This document shows positions 48,530 to 57,842 of a DNA stretch of 58,995 bases, piece after piece (the first letter of the stretch is position 1; each line of letters begins with the position of its first letter). Made by a program: the position numbers and the translations under genes. The stretch is from a bacterium (GTDB taxonomy: Bacteria; Bacillota; Clostridia; Oscillospirales; CAG-272): positions 4,958-63,952 of the forward strand of contig CAVIJI010000010.1 of the NCBI GenBank assembly GCA_963642885.1, read 5' to 3'. Below the pieces are notes generated by a model. It was not told the DNA's origin. It saw only the letters and a program-made list of their open reading frames with translations, and did no database searches.

Positions 48530-49747
48530 ATGATGAAAACAGTTAGACGTGTGTTTTCTTTTTTGATTATATCCTTCATGACATTGTTTTTTTCGGGCGT
48601 TCTTGTTTTTTACACGGTGATAGTTGTCGGCGCGAGCTCGAATTTACAGACAATATGGATTTGCTCGGCAATGAGAACAATGTCTCATAAATATCTTGCG
48701 ACAATGTTTTTTTCGGATGAATATATTGAAGAAATCATGAATGCGAACGAAATAGACGACAGCGGTTACGATTCGGAAATACTGTCATTTGACAAAAACA
48801 CAAGTGAGACAGAGGCTGAAACGGAAACCGAGGCCGAAACGGAAACGGAAACCGAGGCCGAAACGGAAACGGAAACCGAAACCGAAACGGAAACCAAAAC
48901 CGAGACGGAAACCGTGACCGAGACTGAAACCGAGACCGAAACCGATAAACCGAACAGATATGCGTACAGTCAGGAAACCGACCCTGTGCCGACAATCGAA
49001 AACGGTGAGAAAAATTACCTTGAGGAAGGCTATACAATGCTTGAAGACGGCTTGTACGTGAAGGAAGTAGCGGGAGGCACATGGAGAGGTTATGTAATGC
49101 TGGTCGAGGATCCTCTCAGGGTAAAGCTTGTCGATACATCGCAGCAGTATTCCTGTGGAGAAAATGTTATGACAATGGTAACAAACGCGGGAGCGGTAGC
49201 CGGGATTAACGGCGGCGGATTTCAGGACGGTGCAAATTACGATTCCAACGGCGGTACACCCGCAGGTTTATTGATTGAAGACAGCAAGGTTGTCTATCCG
49301 TATGTGATTGATGACACGGTTTACAATATGATAGGCATTAATAATGAGGGCGCACTTGTTCTCAGACATTGTACCGCGGATTGGGCTATAGAGAATAATA
49401 TTGTCAGTGCGGTTTCGTTTTCGCCGTTTCTTGTTGTCAATGGGGAAGGCCTTATAAAGAACGGCACAGGAGGCTGGGGAATCGCACCGAGAACTGCTAT
49501 AGGGCAGCGTAAAACGGGAGAATTTTTACTTCTTGTAATTGACGGCAGACAGGCGGATTGGAGTCTCGGTTGCGATCTTGATGTTTTGCAGCAGGTAATG
49601 CTCGATGAAAAGGCATACAATGCGGCAATGCTCGACGGAGGAAGCTCTACCGCGATGGTATATAACGGTGAATATATCAATCGTCCCAGTCTCGGACATG
49701 AGAGATGGATAAACAACTGCTTTGCGGTTATGCCGAAGAATAAATAA
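48530..49747 (+). CDS. membrane-anchored phosphodiester glycosidase (NAGPA/DUF2233-like) protein with a (Thr-Glu)n linker
   Basis: 405 aa. N-terminal TM helices, TE-repeat linker. C-terminal blocks INGGGF, PRTAIGQ, LLVIDGR and MLDGGSST. Confidence 0.7.
   Translation: MMKTVRRVFSFLIISFMTLFFSGVLVFYTVIVVGASSNLQTIWICSAMRTMSHKYLATMFFSDEYIEEIMNANEIDDSGYDSEILSFDKNTSETEAETETEAETETETEAETETETETETETKTETETVTETETETETDKPNRYAYSQETDPVPTIENGEKNYLEEGYTMLEDGLYVKEVAGGTWRGYVMLVEDPLRVKLVDTSQQYSCGENVMTMVTNAGAVAGINGGGFQDGANYDSNGGTPAGLLIEDSKVVYPYVIDDTVYNMIGINNEGALVLRHCTADWAIENNIVSAVSFSPFLVVNGEGLIKNGTGGWGIAPRTAIGQRKTGEFLLLVIDGRQADWSLGCDLDVLQQVMLDEKAYNAAMLDGGSSTAMVYNGEYINRPSLGHERWINNCFAVMPKNK
48806..48945 (+). repeat. 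in-frame hexanucleotide (GAR-ACN)n microsatellite encoding (Glu-Thr) repeats
   Basis: About 23 tandem 6-nt units (gaaacg/gaaacc/gaggcc variants) encoding ETEAETETEAETETETEAETETETETETETKTETETVTETETETETD. Confidence 0.9.
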
Positions 49748-49771
49748 TCGAAAAAAAGCGATATCAGCGAA

Positions 49772-49856
49772 AAAACAGCTTACATGATATCTCACGGAGA
49801 ATCAGCCGAAACAATACCGAATCGGCGCTTTCGTGAAGGATCGTGTAAGCTGTTTT
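49772..49856. terminator. composite bidirectional terminator-like long hairpin between the glycosidase gene and tRNA-Thr
   Basis: 13-bp outer stem AAAACAGCTTACA / TGTAAGCTGTTTT encloses 59 nt with an inner GCCGA/TCGGC stem. T runs follow on both strands. Confidence 0.55.
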
Positions 49857-49869
49857 AGCATAAATAAAA

Positions 49870-49941
49870 AGCTAGTGGAGGGATTCGGACCCTCGACCTG
49901 CTGATTACGAATCAGCTGCTCTACCCCTGAGCCACACTAGC
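49870..49941 (-). tRNA. tRNA-Thr (anticodon CGU)
   Basis: Reverse complement GCTAGTG-TG-GCTC-AGGGGTA-GAGC-A-GCTGA-TTCGTAA-TCAGC-AGGTC-GAGGG-TCCGAAT-CCCTC-CACTAGC-T folds as a cloverleaf. CCA is not encoded. Confidence 0.9.
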
Positions 49942-49966
49942 ATTTTATAATTTTGTCAGCCTTGTA

Positions 49967-49995
49967 ATTATACTATATTATTTACTTTTTGTCAA
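49967..49995 (-). promoter_or_regulatory. consensus promoter of tRNA-Thr
   Basis: On the - strand: TTGACA (49995-49990), 17-nt spacer, TATAAT (49972-49967). About 25 nt upstream of the tRNA 5' end. Confidence 0.7.
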
Positions 49996-50025
49996 GCGAT
50001 TACGTGAAAATAATGTAAAGCAAAA

Positions 50026-50050
50026 AGCCGCAGAATACTCCGCGGCTTTT
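50026..50050 (-). terminator. terminator of the Cys-rich zinc-ribbon gene
   Basis: A5-GCCGC(A)G-loop-CCGCGGC-T4. The - strand reads AAAAGCCGCGG...CTGCGGCTTTTT. Confidence 0.75.
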
Positions 50051-50082
50051 GCTCAACCTAACAGATATGTGTTACGCTTGAA

Positions 50083-50637
50083 TTATTCGTTTGATGTGCT
50101 GTCTGTTTCTGCGTCGTCAGCGGACTGTTCGCAGGTGCATTCGTCATTGCATTCCGTTTCATCTGAGGAGCAGCAGCAATCGCATTCACATTCGCATGAA
50201 TCTGTTTCTTCGGATTCTCCGCAGCAGCATGAACATTCGCAGCTTTCTTCTTCGCATGAGCAGGTTTCGGGTTCGACTTTTTCAACCTTTGCTCCGCAGA
50301 ATGAGCAGTATGCGGCTTCTTCCGAGATTTCGTTTCCGCAATTCTGGCAAACTACAACCTTTTTGAGCTTGGCGATTTCCTTCTTGGTGTTTTCGATATC
50401 GGCTTTGATTTTATCGGCTTTCATAATGAGAGAAGCGATGTCGGATGTATGATCATCACCTGTGCACTGAGCTTCGTAAAACATGAAACCGATTTCTTCG
50501 AATACGCTGGAGAGCTTTGCTTCGTTTGACTTAACATTTATGCCGAGCTTTGCGATTGTTGTAAGCTCACCTGTTTTTTTTACGGCTTTGTTGGCAACGT
50601 CAGATGCGCTGCGCTTGATTTCTTCGAATAATGACAT
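50083..50637 (-). CDS. zinc-ribbon protein with a Cys/Glu-rich metallothionein-like C-terminal tail
   Basis: 184 aa. Helical N-terminal domain, CQNCG-x11-CSFCG ribbon, then 16 Cys within about 48 residues. AAGGA RBS. Confidence 0.75.
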   Translation of the reverse strand: MSLFEEIKRSASDVANKAVKKTGELTTIAKLGINVKSNEAKLSSVFEEIGFMFYEAQCTGDDHTSDIASLIMKADKIKADIENTKKEIAKLKKVVVCQNCGNEISEEAAYCSFCGAKVEKVEPETCSCEEESCECSCCCGESEETDSCECECDCCCSSDETECNDECTCEQSADDAETDSTSNE

Positions 50638-50685
50638 GGTAAATATCCTTTCATATATATGTAAATTAGCTTGCTTTCATGGCAT

Positions 50686-50714
50686 ATTATACACCGTACG
50701 AACAGCAAAATCAA
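50686..50714 (-). promoter_or_regulatory. promoter of the Cys-rich zinc-ribbon gene
   Basis: On the - strand: TTGATT (50714-50709), 17-nt spacer ending in TG, TATAAT (50691-50686). Confidence 0.6.
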
Positions 50715-50856
50715 TTAAGATAAAGTAAATTTACGAACATTATCATTAAAGATAGAATGTTTTATTTAGTATATTTTAATCAAAACGGAGATTACTCTAA
50801 TAAAACGAGCAATACACTATTTCGGTACGAAAATTCAATCGAATATGCGGGACATT

Positions 50857-51495
50857 TTATTCGAACGACGGAGTATATGCAAGTGTATTGGGGAAGCTTT
50901 TTATCTGACGAATTCTGAAATTACGCACCTCAATCTGACTTGCGTATGTGCCGAGTCCGACCTTTCCGTAAGCCGTTATCGGATCGGGGTCAAACATTTC
51001 GATAACAAGCTTTCCGTCAACGAATATGAAACAATGTCCGTCGATATCTCCCGCCTGAATGAAATATGTTTTACCGGCTTCAAACGGAAGCAGAGATGTG
51101 ACGGAGCGGCAGCGGCATTCGGGGTAATGCTCGATACCCGTTTTGCTTTCCCACCATCCCGCAAGGCCGCCTATATAGCTCACACCCGCGTCATCCTTCT
51201 CATCATCCCAACCGGCGGCACGCCATGTGAAATTTAAATCGTTGTCGCACGGCACAACGGTTCTGCCCTCGAATTCCAATAAAATATTACCGTAAAAATG
51301 TTGTTTCGAATAGAGTATACCACCAGAATTGCCGGTATGTTTACCGCATATCCATCCGTTTTCAACCTTCCATTCACCGTTTTTGTATTCCCAGTCGCGA
51401 TTGAGCTCTTCCGTGGTACTCGGACCGTACGCAAGTATCGGACTTTGACTCAAATCGATGATCTGTTCCATAATATGCAGCTTAGTGTTTTCCAT
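50857..51495 (-). CDS. DUF1961-like concanavalin-type beta-sandwich protein (YesU-like)
   Basis: About 212 aa from the ATG at 51495 (MENTKLH), with AAGGAG 12 nt upstream. The TTG at 51516 has no RBS. No signal peptide. Confidence 0.6.
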   Translation of the reverse strand: MENTKLHIMEQIIDLSQSPILAYGPSTTEELNRDWEYKNGEWKVENGWICGKHTGNSGGILYSKQHFYGNILLEFEGRTVVPCDNDLNFTWRAAGWDDEKDDAGVSYIGGLAGWWESKTGIEHYPECRCRSVTSLLPFEAGKTYFIQAGDIDGHCFIFVDGKLVIEMFDPDPITAYGKVGLGTYASQIEVRNFRIRQIKSFPNTLAYTPSFE

Positions 51496-51632
51496 AGATA
51501 TAAAAGGCTCCTTCAAATAATATCTGAAATTTATATTGTTTTTTTATGTTTAAATTCGGCTGTTGATATGATATAATTTAACACACAGAATGTCAATAGG
51601 CAAAAGTTACTATTTAATACGGAGGACTATAT

Positions 51633-53531
51633 ATGAAACTTCGCGCGCCCGCAGTGCCGCTCATTACAATCGACCCTTATTTCAGCGTTTGGTCTGTGAA
51701 AAATCAACTTACGGATTCCGCCACATGTCATTGGACGGGACATACCAACACCATTAACGGATATCTGACCATTGACGGAACACTTTACCGTTTCATGGGA
51801 GGAGAGGAAGCAGGCGGAATCGCAATGAAACAGATTTCACTCGATATAACCGCGATGACCAGTGTTTATACCTTCGAGGCTTCCGGAGTTCGTTTAACAG
51901 CACGTTTCTTTACACCTTTATTTGCAGACGACCTGATGCTGATAAGCCGTCCCGTTTCATACCTCGAACTGTCATGCGAATCGACTGACGGAACAGAGCA
52001 TGTATTGAATGCGGAAATATGCGCATCTGAGGAGCTTTGCCTTGATGCCGCACGGGAAGAACCCGTGGAGGTGTCGCTTGAATTTCTTAACAATGGCATA
52101 AGTGCCGCACGAATCGGAAACGCCGTTCAAACAGGACTCGGCGGCGGAGGTGACGATACTCGCATTCATTGGGGTTACTTTTATCTGTGTGTGCGTGACG
52201 GTTCGGCTGACTGTAAAAAAGTACGCGGTGAAACCTTTGTGACAGCTCACATTGACATGAAGGAAAATAAATCCGCACTGTTTGCATTTGCTTACGATGA
52301 TATCGAGAGTATCGAGTATTTCGGTAAGATATTGAAGGCATATTGGAAAAAATACGGAATGACAATCGAACAGGCCGTTAGTGATGCTTTCGATGATTAT
52401 GATGCACTTATCGCACGAGAGAAAACATTTTCCGCAGAGCTTACAGAAAAAGCGACCGAGGCAGGCGGCGAGAAGTATGCAGAGATGCTTTCTTTGGCAT
52501 ACAGACAGGTTTTGGCGGCTCACAAGCTTGTTGAAGATGAAAATGACGGCTTGCTGTATATTTCCAAAGAATGCCTTTCAAACGGCTGTGCCGCAACGGT
52601 AGATGTAAGCTATCCTTCAATGCCGCTGTTTTTATGCTACAATCCCGAGCTTGTTAACGCAATGATGCGTCCTGTTTTTCATTATGCGAAAAGCGATGTA
52701 TGGCCCTTTAATTTCGCGCCGCACGATGTCGGCTGTTATCCGAGAGTGAACGGTCAGGTGTATTCCAACGGTACAGATCCCGATTACCAGATGCCGATTG
52801 AGGAGTGCGGCAACATGCTTGTTATGGCGGCTGCAGCGGCAGTGGCAGGTAAGGATATTTCATTGTTCGTCGAAAATGAGTATATGTTCGTTAAATGGGC
52901 GGACTATCTCGTATCCCACGGTGCAGATCCCGAAAATCAAATTTGTACAGACGACTTTTTCAAACATCTGCCGCATAACTGCAATCTGTCTGTTAAGGCT
53001 GTAATGGGTATTGCCTCTATGGCGATTATGCTTGATATGAACGGAGAAACCGAGGCGGCACAATACTATAAGAAAAACGCACAGGATATGGCGAATAGCT
53101 GGATTGAGAGAGCCGACAACGGTGACGGCAGTTTCCGTCTGGCGTTTGATTTACCCGATAGCTACAGTCAGAAATACAATATGGTATGGGATAAAATCTT
53201 CGGTACAAATCTTTTCCCGAAGGATAAAATCGCGAGTGAGTTTGCATCCTACGGAAAGTATACCAATGCGTACGGTAATCCGCTTGATTGCCGTGGCTCC
53301 ACATCCAAAACAGACTGGCTCACATGGACAGCTACTTTAGCCGAGAGCAAGGAAGATTTTGAAAAATTCATCGCACCTGTTTGGCGTTTCTTCAATGAAA
53401 CCGAAAACCGCGTACCGATGGCGGACTGGTACAGCACAAAAACCGCGGCACGTTTTTATCAGCAAAACCGTACCGTACAAGGCGGAATGTTTATTAAGCT
53501 GTTGGAGCAATCGAAAAAGTGCCGTATATGA
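51633..53531 (+). CDS. glutaminase-A-like multi-domain protein (DUF4964/DUF5127/DUF4965/DUF1793 architecture), putative glycoside hydrolase
   Basis: 632 aa. N-terminus LRAPAVPLITIDPYFSVWS and an (alpha/alpha)6-like C-terminal half. No signal peptide. Confidence 0.65.
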   Translation: MKLRAPAVPLITIDPYFSVWSVKNQLTDSATCHWTGHTNTINGYLTIDGTLYRFMGGEEAGGIAMKQISLDITAMTSVYTFEASGVRLTARFFTPLFADDLMLISRPVSYLELSCESTDGTEHVLNAEICASEELCLDAAREEPVEVSLEFLNNGISAARIGNAVQTGLGGGGDDTRIHWGYFYLCVRDGSADCKKVRGETFVTAHIDMKENKSALFAFAYDDIESIEYFGKILKAYWKKYGMTIEQAVSDAFDDYDALIAREKTFSAELTEKATEAGGEKYAEMLSLAYRQVLAAHKLVEDENDGLLYISKECLSNGCAATVDVSYPSMPLFLCYNPELVNAMMRPVFHYAKSDVWPFNFAPHDVGCYPRVNGQVYSNGTDPDYQMPIEECGNMLVMAAAAAVAGKDISLFVENEYMFVKWADYLVSHGADPENQICTDDFFKHLPHNCNLSVKAVMGIASMAIMLDMNGETEAAQYYKKNAQDMANSWIERADNGDGSFRLAFDLPDSYSQKYNMVWDKIFGTNLFPKDKIASEFASYGKYTNAYGNPLDCRGSTSKTDWLTWTATLAESKEDFEKFIAPVWRFFNETENRVPMADWYSTKTAARFYQQNRTVQGGMFIKLLEQSKKCRI

Positions 53532-53559
53532 GACAAAGAGCATAAGGGGGATTACATAA

Positions 53560-55536
53560 ATGCATTTGATGACTGAATTGAATCGTCGTCAGCTTGTTGA
53601 TGGCAAGAAGCGAATCTCACCCGCGGCGGTTCATCAAATGGAGAACGGTATTTATAAAGAGATACTCTCACAGATGCCGATATATGCGGATTTAAATGAA
53701 GACTCATGGACGAGCATTTCGACAGAGAGACATATTACCGAGGATATCGCCGATCGATTACTTGCCATGGGCGTTACACGTAAAGAACTGGATACGGAAG
53801 ACGCATTTGTTGTCAGCACGGTACAGAACGGGATTTGTATTTATTCCGAGAGTGAATGCGGTTTGATTTACGGAGCATATGAAGTTCTTCAGCAGGCACA
53901 AGCCGATAACGGCTTTGTACCGGGAGGCATACGTTTTGCGGTGCCGCAGTGCCCGTTTCGTGCACTGAAGATTTATCTGCCCGGTGAAAAACAGCTTGCT
54001 CAATTTTATAAGATTGTGGATATGCTGCTCTATTACCGTTATAATACCGTAATCATCGAAGTGGGCGGAGCTATGGAATATAAGCATCATCCCGAAATCA
54101 ACGAAAGCTGGATAGAATACTGCACCGAGATGCGCCGATACCCGGAGCGTGCCGACGAGGTTCAAAATATGTTCGGCTGGGTGAAGAATTCGATTCATTT
54201 CGAAAACGGCGACGGAAGCTTTTTGCCTCAGGAAACAGTGAGTGAGATGGTAAAGTATTGTAAAGACCGCGGAATGAATGTGGTTCCGGAAGTACCGTGT
54301 CTGAGCCATTCGGACTATTTGCTTAACGCTCATCCCGAGCTTTCGGAAAGGCCGTATGACCCGTTCCCGGATACATATTGTCCGTCGAATCCCGAATCGT
54401 ACAAGCTTTTGTTTGAAATTATGGACGAAGTAATCGATGTATTTCAGCCGAAAATGATGCATATCGGGCATGATGAATTTTACACGTACGGATTGTGTGA
54501 AAAATGTAAACAGCGTTCCGCCGCGGATATTCTCGCGGGAGACATAACCCGAATTCACGATTATCTTGCCGAGCATGGCATCAGACTGATGTACTGGTCG
54601 GAAAAAATGCTGAATCATATAACCGGCTGGGGAGAAGGCTGGGGCGGTGCGGAACGTCACTGCAAGTGCTCGAGAAAGACGGTTCATGATATGCCCGCTA
54701 CATACACCGCGATAGATAAAATCCCCACAGACTGCATTGCTCATCACTGGTATTGGGGAATGCGTGAGTGTCATGATGAGGTATTCCTCTCGAGAGGCAT
54801 GGGGATGACATACGGAAACTGGATTCCGCGCAGTATTACGAATTGGCAAAGAAGAGTTGAAGCAGGTGCAATGGGTGCGGCACCATCTCACTGGACAACA
54901 CTTGACGAGGTAACAATGCAGCGTAACGGTGTGCTGCTTGACCTTGTGTTCGGCGCATATCTTTTCTGGAAGACAGACTATACGGATGACCGCTATGATG
55001 AGCTGTTCAAAGCGAGTGTGGAGGAGCTCTACCTTTATCATAATCGTAAAATTCTTGAAAGTCCGCATTTCGAGTTTACACATATGACATCTATCCTGAG
55101 GAAGCATGTTTATATCACGAGCGCCCCTATGCTTTTGGAAAGAGATACAATCGGTAAATATATTGTGTCATACCGCAGCGGCCGTACGCTCGAGATTCCC
55201 ATAATTTACGGCGTAAATATTATGAACCTGAACCGAAACTGGGCACGTGAGAGAGATAATGAGCTTGAGAGTTACAACCTGGATGCGTCACTTGCGGAGG
55301 TTACCGCGACAACTCTGCCAAAGCTACAGGGCGACGGAACAACGCAATATAGTTTTGTTGTACCCGATCCGTATCCTGATGACGTGGTGACGGGCATTCA
55401 AATCGTGAAAACGGCTTCCGATAAGGGTGAAATCTTCATGATTGATTATAAAGTTTGTCAGGCTTTCGGGGATAACGCACTTGTTCGTGATAGTTATGAC
55501 CCGAGCGCCGAATGTCTGACATCTCCGATTATTTGA
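53560..55536 (+). CDS. GH20-like (beta-N-acetylhexosaminidase-type TIM barrel) protein
   Basis: 658 aa. FRALKIYLP...YNTVIIEVGG and MMHIGHDEF (an H-x-G-x-D-E-like catalytic block). No signal peptide. Confidence 0.55.
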   Translation: MHLMTELNRRQLVDGKKRISPAAVHQMENGIYKEILSQMPIYADLNEDSWTSISTERHITEDIADRLLAMGVTRKELDTEDAFVVSTVQNGICIYSESECGLIYGAYEVLQQAQADNGFVPGGIRFAVPQCPFRALKIYLPGEKQLAQFYKIVDMLLYYRYNTVIIEVGGAMEYKHHPEINESWIEYCTEMRRYPERADEVQNMFGWVKNSIHFENGDGSFLPQETVSEMVKYCKDRGMNVVPEVPCLSHSDYLLNAHPELSERPYDPFPDTYCPSNPESYKLLFEIMDEVIDVFQPKMMHIGHDEFYTYGLCEKCKQRSAADILAGDITRIHDYLAEHGIRLMYWSEKMLNHITGWGEGWGGAERHCKCSRKTVHDMPATYTAIDKIPTDCIAHHWYWGMRECHDEVFLSRGMGMTYGNWIPRSITNWQRRVEAGAMGAAPSHWTTLDEVTMQRNGVLLDLVFGAYLFWKTDYTDDRYDELFKASVEELYLYHNRKILESPHFEFTHMTSILRKHVYITSAPMLLERDTIGKYIVSYRSGRTLEIPIIYGVNIMNLNRNWARERDNELESYNLDASLAEVTATTLPKLQGDGTTQYSFVVPDPYPDDVVTGIQIVKTASDKGEIFMIDYKVCQAFGDNALVRDSYDPSAECLTSPII

Positions 55537-55563
55537 AAGACATTAAAATTAACGAGAGGAAAA

Positions 55564-56763
55564 ATGACACGCATGAACGGTGTGGTAAGGTGTCCCACTC
55601 CGTTCATGCGGTTTAAAAAGATTATGAATGAAAAAATAGGTGCACTTCGTTTCCTTTATCCGCTCAACGGTGATGTAATGGTCGGCGAGGCGGATGGTAT
55701 TTGGGTGGATGGACGTTTGAAAATCCGTGTTTTGCTTGAGTCTTCCGCAGGTGAACATATTAATGTAAACGGGGTGCCCGCTTGCCGTGAAAGTGACGGC
55801 ACTTTTTCGGCGAATGTTTTACTTGACGGACGTACAAATCATTTGCAGGCGATTGATGTTGATTCGGGTGAGAGTGAAACCATAACCGTTTACGTATTTG
55901 CGAAGGCATATCATAAATACCGCTTTACAGTTGATGATTTTATTTTAGCATTTAAAGACCTGCATGAAAACCGTATGGTGTATAAGTCGATTTTCGATAA
56001 TGCTTACCTGAACATTTTCAAGCAAGCACATGACCTATACGGAAGCAAGGTACACATCAATGCTTTTTACGAAAGCTTTGACGGTTCGTTTAATCTTTCC
56101 ATGATGACCGATCGTTATAAAAACGAATTCGAAGCTAATTCCGACTGGCTTACGTTTTCTTTCCATGCACGCAGTGAAATGCCTGATTTACCGTATCTTA
56201 ATAAAACTTATGAAGAGGTTCGTCGGGATGCCATGCTCGTGCTCGGAGAATTGCGACGAATAGTCGGTTCGGCTTCGCTGAGCAATACAACCACACTGCA
56301 CTGGGGAGCATGCAATATTTACGGCACACGTGCACTGCATTCACTGGGCTACAGAGCACTTTGCGCTTACCTTACATTGTGTCGCGGTGAGAGTTACTAC
56401 ATAGACTACTATAAAGAGGGAGAGCCGATTGTTTCGTATCACCTGACACACAAGCAGGTTGAACATACGGAGCATCGCTGCTTCTATGTGGATACCGATG
56501 AAGATATGATTTTCGCCAAGCTTCACATGGTGCTCAATGCGGGTGATTTGACTGCCGATCGGGTTGATGCCTTTTTGGACGATATAAGCTCACGTCCGTC
56601 CGAAGGCGGCTTTATTCAAATGGTAATACATGAGCAGTATTTCTATTCCGACTACAGTGCTTACGAGCCTGACTATGCGCAGCGTATTCTTACAATGGCG
56701 AAATGGATGTACGAGCACGGATACGAACCGATTTCGCTCGGCGATATTATCGAGGATAGCTGA
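55564..56763 (+). CDS. hypothetical protein, co-transcribed with the glycosidase-like genes
   Basis: 399 aa. AGAGGA RBS. No confident motif. C-terminal MVIHEQYFYSDY...AKWMYEHGYEPISL block. Confidence 0.55.
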   Translation: MTRMNGVVRCPTPFMRFKKIMNEKIGALRFLYPLNGDVMVGEADGIWVDGRLKIRVLLESSAGEHINVNGVPACRESDGTFSANVLLDGRTNHLQAIDVDSGESETITVYVFAKAYHKYRFTVDDFILAFKDLHENRMVYKSIFDNAYLNIFKQAHDLYGSKVHINAFYESFDGSFNLSMMTDRYKNEFEANSDWLTFSFHARSEMPDLPYLNKTYEEVRRDAMLVLGELRRIVGSASLSNTTTLHWGACNIYGTRALHSLGYRALCAYLTLCRGESYYIDYYKEGEPIVSYHLTHKQVEHTEHRCFYVDTDEDMIFAKLHMVLNAGDLTADRVDAFLDDISSRPSEGGFIQMVIHEQYFYSDYSAYEPDYAQRILTMAKWMYEHGYEPISLGDIIEDS

Positions 56764-56878
56764 ATTATATCCGAGCTTATCTGTATGAGATAAAATGAGA
56801 TTATAAGTCGCTACCGAAAATTATGTCTTGACGGAATATAGCACAATACAATTATTAACATGAAAAGAGAATTTTCCG

Positions 56879-57664
56879 ATGAAGGATAAATTGAAAATAG
56901 GTTTTTTCGATTCGGGTGTCGGCGGCATATCCGTAATGGCCTATGCAAAGCAGGAGATTAAAAATGCCGAATATATATTCTATGCCGACACGGAGCATGT
57001 TCCGTACGGAGAGAAAAGGCCTGAGGAAGTAATACAATACAGTACCGAGGCAGTAAAATATCTTGTCGAACAGGGTGCGGATATAGTGGTTGTGGCGTGC
57101 AATACCGCAACAAGCATGGCAATAGACAAACTGAGAAGTACCTATAATATTCCGATAATCGGTATGGAACCCGCGGTGAAGCCTGCTTCGATAAAACATC
57201 ATGGGGAGAAGATTCTCGTATGTGCGACGCCTCTCACAATAGCCGGAAAAAAGTTGCATGATCTTATCGATAAAAATTACGAGGGCGACATATATCCTAC
57301 ACTTGTAGCGGCTCCGAAGCTCGTGACCTTTGCCGAAAATGCAGTATTCGACGTGAGTACGGTCACTGAGTACTTAAAAGAAATAATCGATAAATCGGAA
57401 AAATATACCGCGGTTGTTTTGGGATGTACTCATTTTGCGTATTTTCGTGACAGCTTCAAGGCTTTTCTCGGTGATATAGATATAATAGACGGCACGCAAG
57501 GTACCGTCAATAGACTGAAGTATATGATGGAAAGCGTAGGAACGGTGCCCGTATCCGACGGAATTGTCAGGGATACACAGTATGTGGTATCGGGGAAAAC
57601 GGTTGCTGATACGGAAAAAATCGACTATTTCCGTACGCTCGAAAAAAGAGCTTTGCTCAAGTAA
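56879..57664 (+). CDS. murI: glutamate racemase
   Basis: 261 aa. FDSGVGG, ACNTATS and GCTHF motifs. Confidence 0.9.
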   Translation: MKDKLKIGFFDSGVGGISVMAYAKQEIKNAEYIFYADTEHVPYGEKRPEEVIQYSTEAVKYLVEQGADIVVVACNTATSMAIDKLRSTYNIPIIGMEPAVKPASIKHHGEKILVCATPLTIAGKKLHDLIDKNYEGDIYPTLVAAPKLVTFAENAVFDVSTVTEYLKEIIDKSEKYTAVVLGCTHFAYFRDSFKAFLGDIDIIDGTQGTVNRLKYMMESVGTVPVSDGIVRDTQYVVSGKTVADTEKIDYFRTLEKRALLK

Positions 57665-57842
57665 TAATCAATATTTTTTCATCTGAAATTCACACTTCCG
57701 ATACTCTGTCATAAAGTTGCGAATGTAAAATATTTACGTAGACAATAATTCGAACTTGTTTTGGTGCCGAAGGACATATGATGATTTTTCGGAGAAGAAA
57801 CCGGATTTTGATATGAAGATAAATGGCAGAGAGGTATAAATT

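Noticed and set aside
48806-48945. Possible CRISPR-like or non-coding repeat array
   Set aside because: The period is 6 nt with no spacers. It lies in frame inside a CDS and encodes (Glu-Thr)n. It is a coding microsatellite, not a CRISPR array.
50069-50452. + strand ORFs (127 aa and 91 aa) rich in Ser, Leu and His, opposite the Cys-rich gene
   Set aside because: They are mirror-frame artefacts of the GAA/TGC-rich coding strand. The promoter, RBS and terminator all support the - strand gene.
53758-55107. 449-aa ORF on the - strand, antisense to the GH20-like gene
   Set aside because: The composition is Arg/Cys/His/Phe-heavy with no recognisable motif and no RBS. It lies fully inside a + strand gene whose translation has sensible domain-like blocks. 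It is a shadow ORF.
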